Shown in pieces: positions 41,698-51,700 of a stretch of 64,000 bases of DNA (its first letter is position 1; each line of letters begins with the position of its first letter). This DNA is from Myxococcota bacterium (GTDB lineage Bacteria > Myxococcota_A > SURF-8 > G963663525): positions 1-64,000 of the forward strand of contig CAXXVK010000012.1 of assembly GCA_963676915.2 (NCBI GenBank), in the 5' to 3' direction. The notes under the pieces are model-generated. The model did not search any database. It was not told the DNA's origin and worked only from the letters and a program-made list of their open reading frames with translations. The position numbers and the translations under genes were made by a program.

Positions 41698-42402
41698 TCA
41701 CTTACCCGATAGCAGGTCTTTTCTACGGTGGCGGGTGCGTTCCAACGCAATCTTTCGCTTCCATTCAGCCATGGCGGCATGATTGCCGGAAAGCAGTTCC
41801 TGTGGAACTTCCCGGCCTTCGAAAATACGAGGTTTGGTGTAAACCGGGCCTTCGAGCATCCCGTTAACAAAGCTCTCATTGCGATTGGATTCTTTGTTCC
41901 CCAGCACTCCCGGTACATAGCGGGCCACGGCGTCAACGACCGTCAAAGCGGCCAGTTCTCCACCGGAGAGGATGAAATCCCCGATGGACACCTCTTCGTC
42001 GATGTCCCGCTCTATGGCACGCTCGTCCACGCCTTCGTAACGACCACAAAGGAAAATCAAGTGCTTATAACCGGACAAACGACGGGCTTCGACATCGTCG
42101 AAGCGTTTTCCCTGGGGAGAAAGGTAGATCGAACGGCTTGGATTGCGTCGCTCGATCGAGTCGAAAGCTTTGGCGATCGGTTCGGGGCGTAATACCAGCC
42201 CTTCCCCGCCACCCGCCGGGCTGTCGTCGCAAATCTTGTGTTTACCCATTCCGAAATCGCGCAAAGCAACGATATTGACACGAACGATTCCGTTCCGAAT
42301 GGCTCGCCCCAACACACCTCCCTGCAACACGGATTCGACACAGGCAGGCAGTAAGGTCAGGATATCGACACGCAAAGCGGGAGGTTCAAGTTTCGGTTTC
42401 AT
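41698..42402 (-). CDS. trmD: tRNA (guanine37-N1)-methyltransferase
   Basis: YLSPQG, LCGRYEGVDER, SIGDFILSGGE, PVYTKP, LLSGNH. Confidence 0.96.
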   Translation of the reverse strand: MKPKLEPPALRVDILTLLPACVESVLQGGVLGRAIRNGIVRVNIVALRDFGMGKHKICDDSPAGGGEGLVLRPEPIAKAFDSIERRNPSRSIYLSPQGKRFDDVEARRLSGYKHLIFLCGRYEGVDERAIERDIDEEVSIGDFILSGGELAALTVVDAVARYVPGVLGNKESNRNESFVNGMLEGPVYTKPRIFEGREVPQELLSGNHAAMAEWKRKIALERTRHRRKDLLSGK

Positions 42403-42925
42403 CGTTCCTGTATAACTCCAAAAGACCTTCGGGAGGACGCACGCGCATCGTCCGTTCGGTTAAATTCACTTCGAGAATCACGTCCGCGATGGCAGGAAGA
42501 AGAATCTCGCCTCGGGAATCGTTCACGACATAGCAATCATGCGCCCCGGTTTCCCATACTCGAGCGAGTTTTCCCAAACAGTCACCGCTATCTGCATCGA
42601 TCACGTCCAGGCCGATCAGGTCGGTAATGTAGTTTTCCCCAGGCGGAAGATCGGGAAACAGGCTTCGTTCAACATGAACGGTGGCGCCTTTGAGGGCTTC
42701 GGCGGCGTTGCGGTCGTCAACCCCTTTGAAGCGAACCCTCCACCCTTTGTTCAACGGAGATACGGAGCGAATCTCCAGTTGTTTCGATACCTTGCCCGAC
42801 AACGTAACGGCAGAAACATTCGTCAGCAAATCGCTGTCGGGATTGAATGTCATAACCACCACATCCCCGCGAATTCCGTGGGGGCGTCCGATGTATCCTA
42901 TATCGATGGAATCGTTATTTTTCAT
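42386..42925 (-). CDS. rimM: ribosome maturation factor RimM
   Basis: IGYIGRPHGIRG, GVDDRNAAEALKG, YITDLIGL, ETGAHD; real start at ATG 42925 (the ORF-track extension is antisense to the radical SAM gene). Confidence 0.93.
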   Translation of the reverse strand: MKNNDSIDIGYIGRPHGIRGDVVVMTFNPDSDLLTNVSAVTLSGKVSKQLEIRSVSPLNKGWRVRFKGVDDRNAAEALKGATVHVERSLFPDLPPGENYITDLIGLDVIDADSGDCLGKLARVWETGAHDCYVVNDSRGEILLPAIADVILEVNLTERTMRVRPPEGLLELYRNDETET

Positions 42926-43057
42926 CTCGTGCCATTCTTTCCAAACGTTCTCTTTCTTCTTATCCCATGATTTTGCATCATTGCCAATCGCTTTCGGCTG
43001 TGCAAGATAGAGAAAAACAGCTTCGTTTGCAAAAAAGTTGCGCAAAGGACAACACTC

Positions 43058-44164
43058 ATGACCCAAAGAATGGAATACGAAGTCGGCCCTATACGTCCCC
43101 CGAGTGAAGCACGCAGCCTGCTGGTCCGCGTGACACGCAATTGTCCTTGGAACCGCTGCCGATTCTGTACGGTCTACAAAGGAACCCGTTTCAGTCGTCG
43201 CAAGGTCGAAAACGTACTTGCCGACATCGACACCATGGCCCAGCTCGCCGAACGCCTCGAAAGCACATCCCAAACGCTGGGATATGGCGGGAGAATCACA
43301 CAGCCGGTGTTGGACGTACTCGCCAGCGAGGGGATTCCGGTAGATCTGACCTACCAGATCGCCCTTTTTCTGGCCGATGGCGCACACTCCGTATTTTTGC
43401 AGGACGCCAACAGTCTGCTGGTCGCCAACGGGGAATTGATTCCCATTCTTCAAAGACTTTACGAACGTTTTCCCAACATCGACAAAGTAACCACCTACGC
43501 CCGCTCGAAAACACTCGTACGTAAAACGTCGGAAAAACTGAAGATGCTGCACGAAGCCGGACTGACCCGCGTTCATGTGGGTATGGAATCCGGTTCCGCA
43601 GCCGTATTGGAACGCATCGAAAAAGGCGCAACGCCCGACGACCATATCCGGGGAGGACGCGCCGCCGTGGAAGCGGGATTGGAGTTGTCCGAGTACGTCA
43701 TGCCCGGTCTCGGCGGACGGGATCAGAGCGAGGAACACGCGATAGAAACAGCCCGAGTCAACAATGAAATCCGGCCTCACTTCATTCGTCTGCGCACGTT
43801 TGCGCCGTTACCCGGAAGTGGCATGCGCGAAGATGCCGAAGCGGGACGTTTCGAACTCATGACGCCAGTGGAAACAGTCAAGGAAATCCGTACGTTTATC
43901 GAACATCTCGACCTTCCCGGCGGGCGACTCGTCAGCGATCACGACTACAATCTGTTAATGGAAGTGGAAGGAGATTTTCCAGAGGAAAAACCCGACATGC
44001 TGGAGATTCTCGACCGTTTTCTGGAACTCGACGAGAAAGAACAGTTCCTTTTCGCGGCAGGCAGGCGACTGGGCTATTTCCATGCTCTCGACGACCTGAA
44101 GTACAGCCCCAATCGCGCCATGGTGGAAAAATTCGTGGAAAGCGGCAAGTTCCGATTCAAATAA
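43058..44164 (+). CDS. radical SAM protein
   Basis: IRPPSEA.SLL, CPWNRCRFC Fe-S motif, FLQDAN, GMESG, SDH..NL; no SPASM extension. Confidence 0.9.
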   Translation: MTQRMEYEVGPIRPPSEARSLLVRVTRNCPWNRCRFCTVYKGTRFSRRKVENVLADIDTMAQLAERLESTSQTLGYGGRITQPVLDVLASEGIPVDLTYQIALFLADGAHSVFLQDANSLLVANGELIPILQRLYERFPNIDKVTTYARSKTLVRKTSEKLKMLHEAGLTRVHVGMESGSAAVLERIEKGATPDDHIRGGRAAVEAGLELSEYVMPGLGGRDQSEEHAIETARVNNEIRPHFIRLRTFAPLPGSGMREDAEAGRFELMTPVETVKEIRTFIEHLDLPGGRLVSDHDYNLLMEVEGDFPEEKPDMLEILDRFLELDEKEQFLFAAGRRLGYFHALDDLKYSPNRAMVEKFVESGKFRFK

Positions 44165-44230
44165 TTACCGTTTCAGGAAAACGATTACATTTTCAACCGA
44201 CTCGATACATCGTTTCCTGTATATTTCATA

Positions 44231-44258
44231 AAAAAAGAGCGGGATCATACCCGCTCTT
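44231..44258 (-). terminator. intrinsic terminator between convergent genes
   Basis: AAGAGCGGG-ATCATA-CCCGCTCTT with an A-run on the left (U-tract on the minus strand). Confidence 0.75.
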
Positions 44259-44286
44259 AAAATCTCTAGAATAACGCAGGAGCTAT

Positions 44287-44628
44287 TTATTTTTTATATT
44301 GCTCCCACTCGCAATCCATTTTGCAAACGTCGCGAAGTTCGTCACAACGACTCTCACACTTTTTATTGTTTTTACCCGAGCAATAGGTTTTGCAAGAACG
44401 CGCCGTATCTTTGCATACGTCGATACATTTCGCGCATGTATCTTTGCATTTTCCGGTTTTCTTGCAACGATCCGGACAATCATCCCCGATAGCAGTCGGT
44501 GTTATATCCTGTCCTGACACGATTTGCAGATCCGCTTTTGTCAAATCATCAAGCACTTCAGCGCGCACTCCCGTAGAAAACGACATTACGCACACCAAGA
44601 CTCCGAGTCCAACGAACCACAGTTTCAT
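44287..44628 (-). CDS. small secreted Lys/Cys-rich protein with six CxxxC motifs
   Basis: AGGAGG RBS; signal peptide MKLWF...VRA; 12 Cys arranged as CxxxC pairs. Confidence 0.8.
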   Translation of the reverse strand: MKLWFVGLGVLVCVMSFSTGVRAEVLDDLTKADLQIVSGQDITPTAIGDDCPDRCKKTGKCKDTCAKCIDVCKDTARSCKTYCSGKNNKKCESRCDELRDVCKMDCEWEQYKK

Positions 44629-44755
44629 CGCATCCCTCCTGATCATCTTTCAAACTTTAACGAATTAATAATTTCCACACTGTAGTTTGTCTACACTACA
44701 GCTTGCTAACTGGTCAAGAAAAAACATCTGCAGCCATACACATACAATTAGCGCA

Positions 44756-46225
44756 TTATATTGCTACGGGAAAACGCAGCCGAAACGTGGTTCCGACATT
44801 CTTTTCGGATTCTACGTCAATGAAACCGTTGTGGCCTTCGACCACTTTTTTCACCACCGAAAGCCCCAGACCCGAACCTGTAATGCTGCGGGTTTCCTTG
44901 CCTTTCACGCGGAAAAAGCGATCGAAAATATGGGGCAGATCCTCTTTACCGATCCCGATGCCGCTATCACGCACCTCAATCGTTATCAAACCGGATTGAT
45001 TCTTTACCGACACCTCGACCGTGCCGCCCTCCGGTGTGTATTTGATGGCGTTGCCTACAACATTCATGAACGCGCTTTTGATGTGGTCGTGATCGGCCTG
45101 GAACCACCAATCCGTCCCTAACGATTTGTATTGAAAAGGTATTCTCTTCTTTTCAGCCTGCACCTGCAAAACTTCCAAGACGTTTTCGAGGATCTCGTTG
45201 CCTTTCAAGCGTTCCAGATTGAAAACAATCGCCCCTGATTCCAACTTGGAAAGACTCAACAGGTTGGCGATAAGTTGCAGAAGCTCTTTCGTCCGTACCG
45301 TCATGCGCTCATGGAGCCGTTCGCAAGGCGTCCCGTCCAGGGTGTCGCACCCGGCGCGCATGGCGTAAATCATCTGTTCGATGGACGCCAGCGGAGCACG
45401 GAGTTCGTGGGACACCATCGCCACGAACTCGGACTTCTGCCGATCGATCATCTTGTGGGTGCTAATATCCTCGAATACCGAAACAGACCCCAAGACCTCG
45501 CCATCCGATGACAAGACAGGCGAGCAATGCGCCCGAAGATAGTATCGTGAAATACTGCCCGGTTCGAATTCGCGAGTCACGGTTTTCGCATCATCGATGG
45601 CTTCGCGTACCATCGAAACGGCGTTGGCGTCCCGAATGGACAACGCCAGCGGCTTTCCAACGAAAGGATCGGTCTGGATCTGTAATATGTTGACCGCTGC
45701 CGGATTGTGGTGAACCACCACAGCATCCCGATTGGTAACAAGCACCGCCTCGATCATACAGGCGAACACGGTTTTCAGACGGCTTTGTTCCTCCGCTATC
45801 GTCATCAGATCTCGTGCTTTTTCTTTCTTTAACTTCTCCGTTTCGGCAACGAGAGAGCGTTTTTCCAAGGCGCGACCCACGACGATACGAATGTAGTCGG
45901 GTGTAAACGGCTTGCCAACAAAATCGAAAGCGCCTTGTTTCATCGCCGCTACCGCTTTGGATACAGTGGCGAAACCGGTAATGACAATCACCTGTATTTC
46001 CGGCTGGTTGGCTTTGATCCAGGACAGCACCTCGAAACCATCGATTCCCGGCATCATCAGATCCAGCAGTACAACATCGAATCGCGATTCCTTCATCCGT
46101 TCGATGCCGAGCGTCCCGTTTTCGGCTTTGACGATATCGAGAACCAAGCCCCGCAAAGAGCGCTCGCACCCCTCTCGAATCACCTGCTCGTCATCGATGA
46201 TCAACAATCGGGCGTTTTCGGTCAT
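44756..46225 (-). CDS. hybrid receiver-PAS-histidine kinase
   Basis: IIDDE/LLDLMMP/KP receiver, PAS domain, SHELRAPL H-box, NAIKY, DSGIG, GSGLGL. Confidence 0.93.
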   Translation of the reverse strand: MTENARLLIIDDEQVIREGCERSLRGLVLDIVKAENGTLGIERMKESRFDVVLLDLMMPGIDGFEVLSWIKANQPEIQVIVITGFATVSKAVAAMKQGAFDFVGKPFTPDYIRIVVGRALEKRSLVAETEKLKKEKARDLMTIAEEQSRLKTVFACMIEAVLVTNRDAVVVHHNPAAVNILQIQTDPFVGKPLALSIRDANAVSMVREAIDDAKTVTREFEPGSISRYYLRAHCSPVLSSDGEVLGSVSVFEDISTHKMIDRQKSEFVAMVSHELRAPLASIEQMIYAMRAGCDTLDGTPCERLHERMTVRTKELLQLIANLLSLSKLESGAIVFNLERLKGNEILENVLEVLQVQAEKKRIPFQYKSLGTDWWFQADHDHIKSAFMNVVGNAIKYTPEGGTVEVSVKNQSGLITIEVRDSGIGIGKEDLPHIFDRFFRVKGKETRSITGSGLGLSVVKKVVEGHNGFIDVESEKNVGTTFRLRFPVAI

Positions 46226-46294
46226 GGCCGTTCCCCGCTAACCCGTATCCTTCGAATGAAACCGGCCCGGATAATCCGGACCGGGGCGATACCG

Positions 46295-46681
46295 TCAGTT
46301 CAGCCAGTGCTTGATCCGATCGAGCAATTCCTGCGGTTCGACAGGCTTGGGAATATAGTCCTCCGCCTCGCTTTCCAGCATGTCGCGGTGGGAATACGTG
46401 CTCGAAGAGACGTGATCCGCCACGGCAGTCAGCAGAATTACCGGAATATCCGCCGTATTGGGATCGCTTTTGATTTTGTCGCAGGCGGCGTGGCCGTCCA
46501 TTACCGGCATCATGACATCGAGAATCACGAGATCCGGATCGAAACCGGGAAGTTTTTCCAACCCTTCCTTGCCGTCATAGGCGACTTCGACTTTGTAACC
46601 GCCTTTTTCCACAACGGTTTTGATGGCTTCCACGAAATCCGGATCGTCATCCACCAACAATACTTTTTTCATTTCGCTCAT
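46295..46681 (-). CDS. single-domain response regulator
   Basis: LVDDD, ILDVMMP, LLTA, YIPKP; no output domain. Confidence 0.93.
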   Translation of the reverse strand: MSEMKKVLLVDDDPDFVEAIKTVVEKGGYKVEVAYDGKEGLEKLPGFDPDLVILDVMMPVMDGHAACDKIKSDPNTADIPVILLTAVADHVSSSTYSHRDMLESEAEDYIPKPVEPQELLDRIKHWLN

Positions 46682-46726
46682 GGTTCACCTCCTGTAGTGC
46701 AGAGTTGCCAAGGGATGGCCTCGCCA

Positions 46727-47653
46727 TCAATCGACTTTCGGACGTGGCAGCAATCCCGCTCTCGATACGATTTCATTGACTTTTTCTTCCCACTCGATCG
46801 CCATGACGTGCACTCCGGCCACGCCTTCGATCTCCTTGACCCGTTCGATCGTTTCAATACACATATCGATGCCCTTTTGGGCCTGTTCCTCTTTGGGAAC
46901 CTCGCTGATGCGAGCAATCACCTCGTCTGGGATATCCATACCCGCGACCATACGTTTCATAAATTTGGCCATTCCGGCAGATTTCAACGGGGTTACTCCC
47001 GCCAGAATGGCGACCCGTTCGTGCAAGCCTTCTTTGCGCAACTCTTCCATGTAGCGCTCGAATTTTTCCAGGTTGTAAATGCACTGGGTCTGCACGAAAT
47101 CGGCACCGGCTTCGACCTTCAGCGACAGGCGAGGAACCCGTATTTCATAGGGATCTGCAAAGGGATTGACCGCACAACCGATAAAAAATTTCGGTGGTCC
47201 GTCGATCTTTTTGCCGGAAGGAAACACGCCTTCGTCTCGCATGGTTTTCACAAGGTTGATAAGCTGCATCGAGTCGATATCGAAGACGTTCTTGGCCTGC
47301 GGATCATCGCCGAAAATCTGGTGATCGCCGGAGAGGCACAGCAGATTCCGAATCCCCATCGCACTGGCACCGAGAATGTCGGACTGCAAAGCGATCCGGT
47401 TGCGATCACGAACCACCATCTGCATGTTCGGTTCGATGCCGTTTTCCTTCAACAGCAGACAACCAGCCATAGAATTCATCCGTACCACCGAAGTCTGGTT
47501 GTCCGTCACATTGCAGGAATCGGCGTTTCCTTGAATGAATTTGGCCTTGCGATGAACGACCTCCGGATCTGCGCCTCGTGGCGGCCCGCACTCGGCCGTA
47601 ACGGCAAAATGTCCCGCAGCCAGCACTTTTTCGAGATTGCTCCCTGATTTCAT
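46727..47653 (-). CDS. metF: methylenetetrahydrofolate reductase (MetV-associated type)
   Basis: AECGPP, NVTDNQ, RDRNRIALQ, LSGDH, KVEAGADFVQTQ; ATG 47653 overlaps the metV stop. Confidence 0.92.
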   Translation of the reverse strand: MKSGSNLEKVLAAGHFAVTAECGPPRGADPEVVHRKAKFIQGNADSCNVTDNQTSVVRMNSMAGCLLLKENGIEPNMQMVVRDRNRIALQSDILGASAMGIRNLLCLSGDHQIFGDDPQAKNVFDIDSMQLINLVKTMRDEGVFPSGKKIDGPPKFFIGCAVNPFADPYEIRVPRLSLKVEAGADFVQTQCIYNLEKFERYMEELRKEGLHERVAILAGVTPLKSAGMAKFMKRMVAGMDIPDEVIARISEVPKEEQAQKGIDMCIETIERVKEIEGVAGVHVMAIEWEEKVNEIVSRAGLLPRPKVD

Positions 47654-48318
47654 TCCTGCAAATCCTTCCTGACGATGCGGCGCGGTCCGCCGTCCCGACT
47701 GGTGCGCCAACGTTTGAACGATTGCAACTTCCGGTAATTATCCAGTTGATTCAACGACTTGAGACGATCGACAATGAGTTGCCAACCACAGTCCACGTTT
47801 TTGTCGATTTCGCATTTTCCGTTGGACGACCCACCGCACGGGCCGTGGAACAGGCTTTTCGAACAACGCGTCACCGGGCAGATTCCACCGGTCAGGTGCA
47901 ACACACAGTCTCCGCAAGCCTGACAGCGTTCGGCCCACTCTCCCTGTCGCTCGGTCACTCCGATAAAAGCGGTGTTGATGCCCGGCAGCACAGGCACTCC
48001 CATGTAACGTTCGGCCATAAACTGCACACCGGCCCCGCAGGCGATGGACAACACGGCGTCGTGGTCCCGGATGTACGAATGCATGGTGTCGAGGTATTCG
48101 GGATCGCATTGACGCTCCAACGTTACCTCTTTGATTTGAATCGGCTTTTTCGCCGTTTCACGAGCCAGGCGGATCGTCGAGGCCAACACCTGAACTTCCT
48201 TTTCTCCTCCGGCGCGGCAGACCGTCACACAGCCGTGGCACCCGGCCAGCACGATGTTCTCGTACGGCTCGATGATGGCCATGATTTCTTCGAAGGGCTT
48301 GGCTTCTCCCATGATCAT
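47650..48318 (-). CDS. metV: MTHFR small Fe-S subunit MetV
   Basis: GCHGCVTVC.AGG, RQC, ACGAG, CQACGDC...GGICPVTRCSKSLFHGPCGG..GKCE...CGW. Confidence 0.9.
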   Translation of the reverse strand: MIMGEAKPFEEIMAIIEPYENIVLAGCHGCVTVCRAGGEKEVQVLASTIRLARETAKKPIQIKEVTLERQCDPEYLDTMHSYIRDHDAVLSIACGAGVQFMAERYMGVPVLPGINTAFIGVTERQGEWAERCQACGDCVLHLTGGICPVTRCSKSLFHGPCGGSSNGKCEIDKNVDCGWQLIVDRLKSLNQLDNYRKLQSFKRWRTSRDGGPRRIVRKDLQE

Positions 48319-48322
48319 GACG

Positions 48323-48778
48323 TTATCCCTCCTGGATACTCTGTGAGACAATCGACGACTCGGCCCGAACGAGGTTCAGAGGACTGGGACCGAGCTTCAC
48401 GATGTGTTCGGTCATATCCGCGACATGAGCGGCGAACTTGGCCCCTTCTCCGGCGCTGAGGTTGTACATTCGCGCCCGCTCTTCTCCCTGACCGGCTAAG
48501 GCAAGCAAGGCGGCGGCTCGATTCACTCTCTCTCTGGCTCGCAGATTCCCTTTGACGAAGTGGCAATCGCCCTCAAGACAGCCCACGACCATCACGCCGT
48601 CAGCGCCATTTTCGAAGGCTTTGAGAATCATCACTTCGTCCACGCGTCCCGTACAGGGAACCATGACGATCGACGTGTTTGCCGTGTAATGCCGACGTTC
48701 CGAACCTGCCAGGTCCGCAGCGGTGTACGCTCAATGGCGGCAGGCGAAAATCATCAAATTGGGTTCGAATTGTTCCAT
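48323..48778 (-). CDS. mvhD: MvhD [2Fe-2S] subunit, selenoprotein (Sec16)
   Basis: ATG 48778 gives MEQFEPNLMIFACRH-TGA-AYTAADLAG..., in frame with VPCTGR...GADGV.VVGC..GDCHF; the TGA (48731-48733) sits at a conserved Cys position. Confidence 0.9.
48701..48717 (-). promoter_or_regulatory. bacterial SECIS-like hairpin
   Basis: CGGACCU-GGC-AGGUUCG stem-loop; the G-initiated loop begins 20 nt after the UGA. Confidence 0.7.
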
Positions 48779-48787
48779 GATCGTTCC

Positions 48788-51700
48788 TTATGGTGCGTTT
48801 TGTTCCATTTCACGCGCCGAAAACGCCGTGATTTTGGAGAAAATACTTTTGTCTTCATAACGGCCCAGGGTAATCGCCTTGGCCGGACATTCTGAAACGC
48901 AAATCCCACAGCCTTGACACAATGCCGGATTGATTTCGGCAGCGTGTTTGTCGTTGATGAACGGCACTCCGTAGGGACAGGCTCGCACGCAGGTCAGGCA
49001 TACCGCGCAATGTTCGGGGTTGACTTTCGACACCACTCCCGACATCCGCAGCTTGTCTTTGGATAGAATCGTCGCCGCCCGCGCCACAGCCGCCGCCGCC
49101 TGGGAAATGGTTTCCGGGATGGATTTCGGACCGTGGGCCATGCCCGCCAGGAACAATCCCTCGCTGGCGAAATCCACGGGGCGCAATTTGGCGTGAGCCT
49201 CGAAAAAGAAACCCTGCGGATTCCTCGGCACACGCAGCATCGACGCCAACTCTTCGTTTTCACTGGCTTCCACACCGGTTGAAAGCACCAGCAGATCCGG
49301 GGTGATACGAAGTTTCCTGCGAATCGACGGATCGACCACAGCGACGGTAAGGCCGTCTTGGGTAACCTCTACTTCGATGGGATTTCGTATGGCGTCGTAT
49401 CGGATGAAATTGACTCCGGCTTCCCGCGCTTTGCGATAGTGCAATTCACTGTGACCATAGCTTCGGATATCGCGGTACAGCACATCCACCCGACACTCCG
49501 GCAACAGCATTTTCAAGCGCAAAGCGTTTTTGATCGCCTGATTGCAGCAGACACGCGAACAATAGGAAAGCCCCTCTTCGCAACGTGAACCGGCACATTG
49601 GATCATGACGACATGGTGGGGATTTCGCTCTTTGAAATCATCTCCCTCTATGCGAACTTCAAGATCAAGTTGCGTCAAAACGTTCTCGAACGCACCCAAT
49701 CCATACAATTCCGGTCGAGATTCCCTGCCGCCCGTCGCTACGATGATCGCACCGTGGCGAACCGTCCGCGCCACACCGGCAGGCGTCATGATCTCGGTTT
49801 CGAAATTACCGACAAATCCCGAATGCTCGACGATCTGCGATCCCGCGAACACCTGTATTTTCGGATATTCCTTGATCTGAGCCATCAATTCATAGAGATA
49901 GCGACTGACGGATAATCCATCGACCGTCCGGCGCAGGCGTCGCAGATTGCCACCGAGGTTCTTTTCCCGTTCGACGAGATACACGCCGAAACCCTGTTTC
50001 GCCGCTTCGATAGCCGCCGTCATGCCCGCCAGACCGCCGCCGATGATTAGAACGTTGGAATTGACCTCGAATTCGTGATCCTGCAACGGCTCGGCCTGAG
50101 CCACGTTGGCAACGGCCATCGTCACCAGTCGTTTGGCTTTTTTCGTCGCTTCCCTGGGTTGATCCTGATGTACCCAGCTACATTGATCGCGAATGTTGGC
50201 CATATCGAACATGTAGCGGTTCAAACCCGATTGCCGCAGCGTTTCTTGAAAGACCGGTTCGTGCGTTCTTGGAGAACAGGCCGCAACGACGAAATGCGTC
50301 AACCCGTACTCGGCAATCAGTTCCCTCATGTGCTCCTGGGTATCCTGGGAACAGGTATATAGCGGATGATCGGCGTAGACGACATCGGGCAACGTCTTGG
50401 CGTACTCCACCACCGATTCCACATCCACCACCGAGGCGATGTTGATCCCGCAATGGCAGACAAACACCCCGATGCGTTTCTCCTCATTCTCGTCGAACCG
50501 ACGTTCGGGCGGAAATTCCTCCTTCGCCACCAGACTTCCACGGGCTTCCCGAAGATTTCCCGCAGCCACCCCCGCCGCCCCACTGGCTTCGCTAACGGTT
50601 TCCGGGATATCTTTGGGACCGTTGAACATCCCGGAGACGAAAAAGCCTGGACGATTGGTAGCCAACGGACGAAATGTGTCGGTTTGTGCGAAACCGAAGC
50701 GATCCAGATCGATTTCGAGTCGTTTGGCAAGATCTTTCGTCTCTTCGGATACCTGAACCCCCACCGACAGCACGACGAGATCGAAACTTTCTTTCGTAGG
50801 TTTGCCCTCTTCGTCCACGTAACGCAGTTCGAGATCGTGGGTCACGGGATCATCGTACACGCGGCTGACCATTGCCCGAACGTAACGCACGCCGTAATGG
50901 TCGCGTGCCCGGTCTGCGTAGGCGTCGAAATTCTTTCCGAAAGCCCTTAGATCGATATAGAAAATCGCGGCTTCGATGTCCGAATCATGTTCTCGGGCAA
51001 TCACCGCCTCTTTCGTGGCATACATACAACAGACGCTGGAGCAGTAATCCCGGTCGCAGGTGACATCTCGCGAGCCGACACATTGAATCCAGGCGATTTT
51101 TCTCGGGTGCGTCCCGTCGCTAGGGCGCAGTACCTTGCCCGTCGTCGGACCGGAAGCCGACAACAAACGCTCGAATTCGATACTCGTCATGACGTTGGGA
51201 TAAACACCATAACCAAACTCCGCCCGACGTTCGGCGCGGAACATCTCGTAACCCGGCGATAAAATGACCGATCCGATATCGAGTTCGTGGATGATTTCTT
51301 TCTGCGTGTAATCGATGGCTTTGGCATCGCACAACGATTGGCAGGTTCCACACGCCCCTGTATTGAGTTGCACACAGCTTTCGGTATCGATCACCGGAAC
51401 CCGTGGAACGGCTTGCGGATACTTGATATAAATCGGCTTTCGCGGAGACAAGCGCTCGTTGAATTCGGAAAGCAGCGGACGCGGAACGTTGTCGGAAAGC
51501 TCCGTAATATCAAGAAATTCCACCGGGCAAACGGACACACATGCGCCGCAGGCCCGGCAAACGTCCTTGGCAACCTCAATCCCTTCGGACGAAAGCCGTA
51601 GCGCTCCGGTTCCCATCACGCGGTCACACATCATCTGGCACAGACCGCAACGCAGGCAATCGTGTCCCGTTTCGAATTCCTTTTTCAAGCGATCGGAGCG

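Noticed and set aside
43058-44628. Radical SAM gene next to a small Cys-rich peptide as a RiPP (ranthipeptide/sactipeptide) pair
   Set aside because: The genes are convergent with a terminator between them, the enzyme lacks SPASM/RRE domains, and the peptide has a Sec-type export signal.
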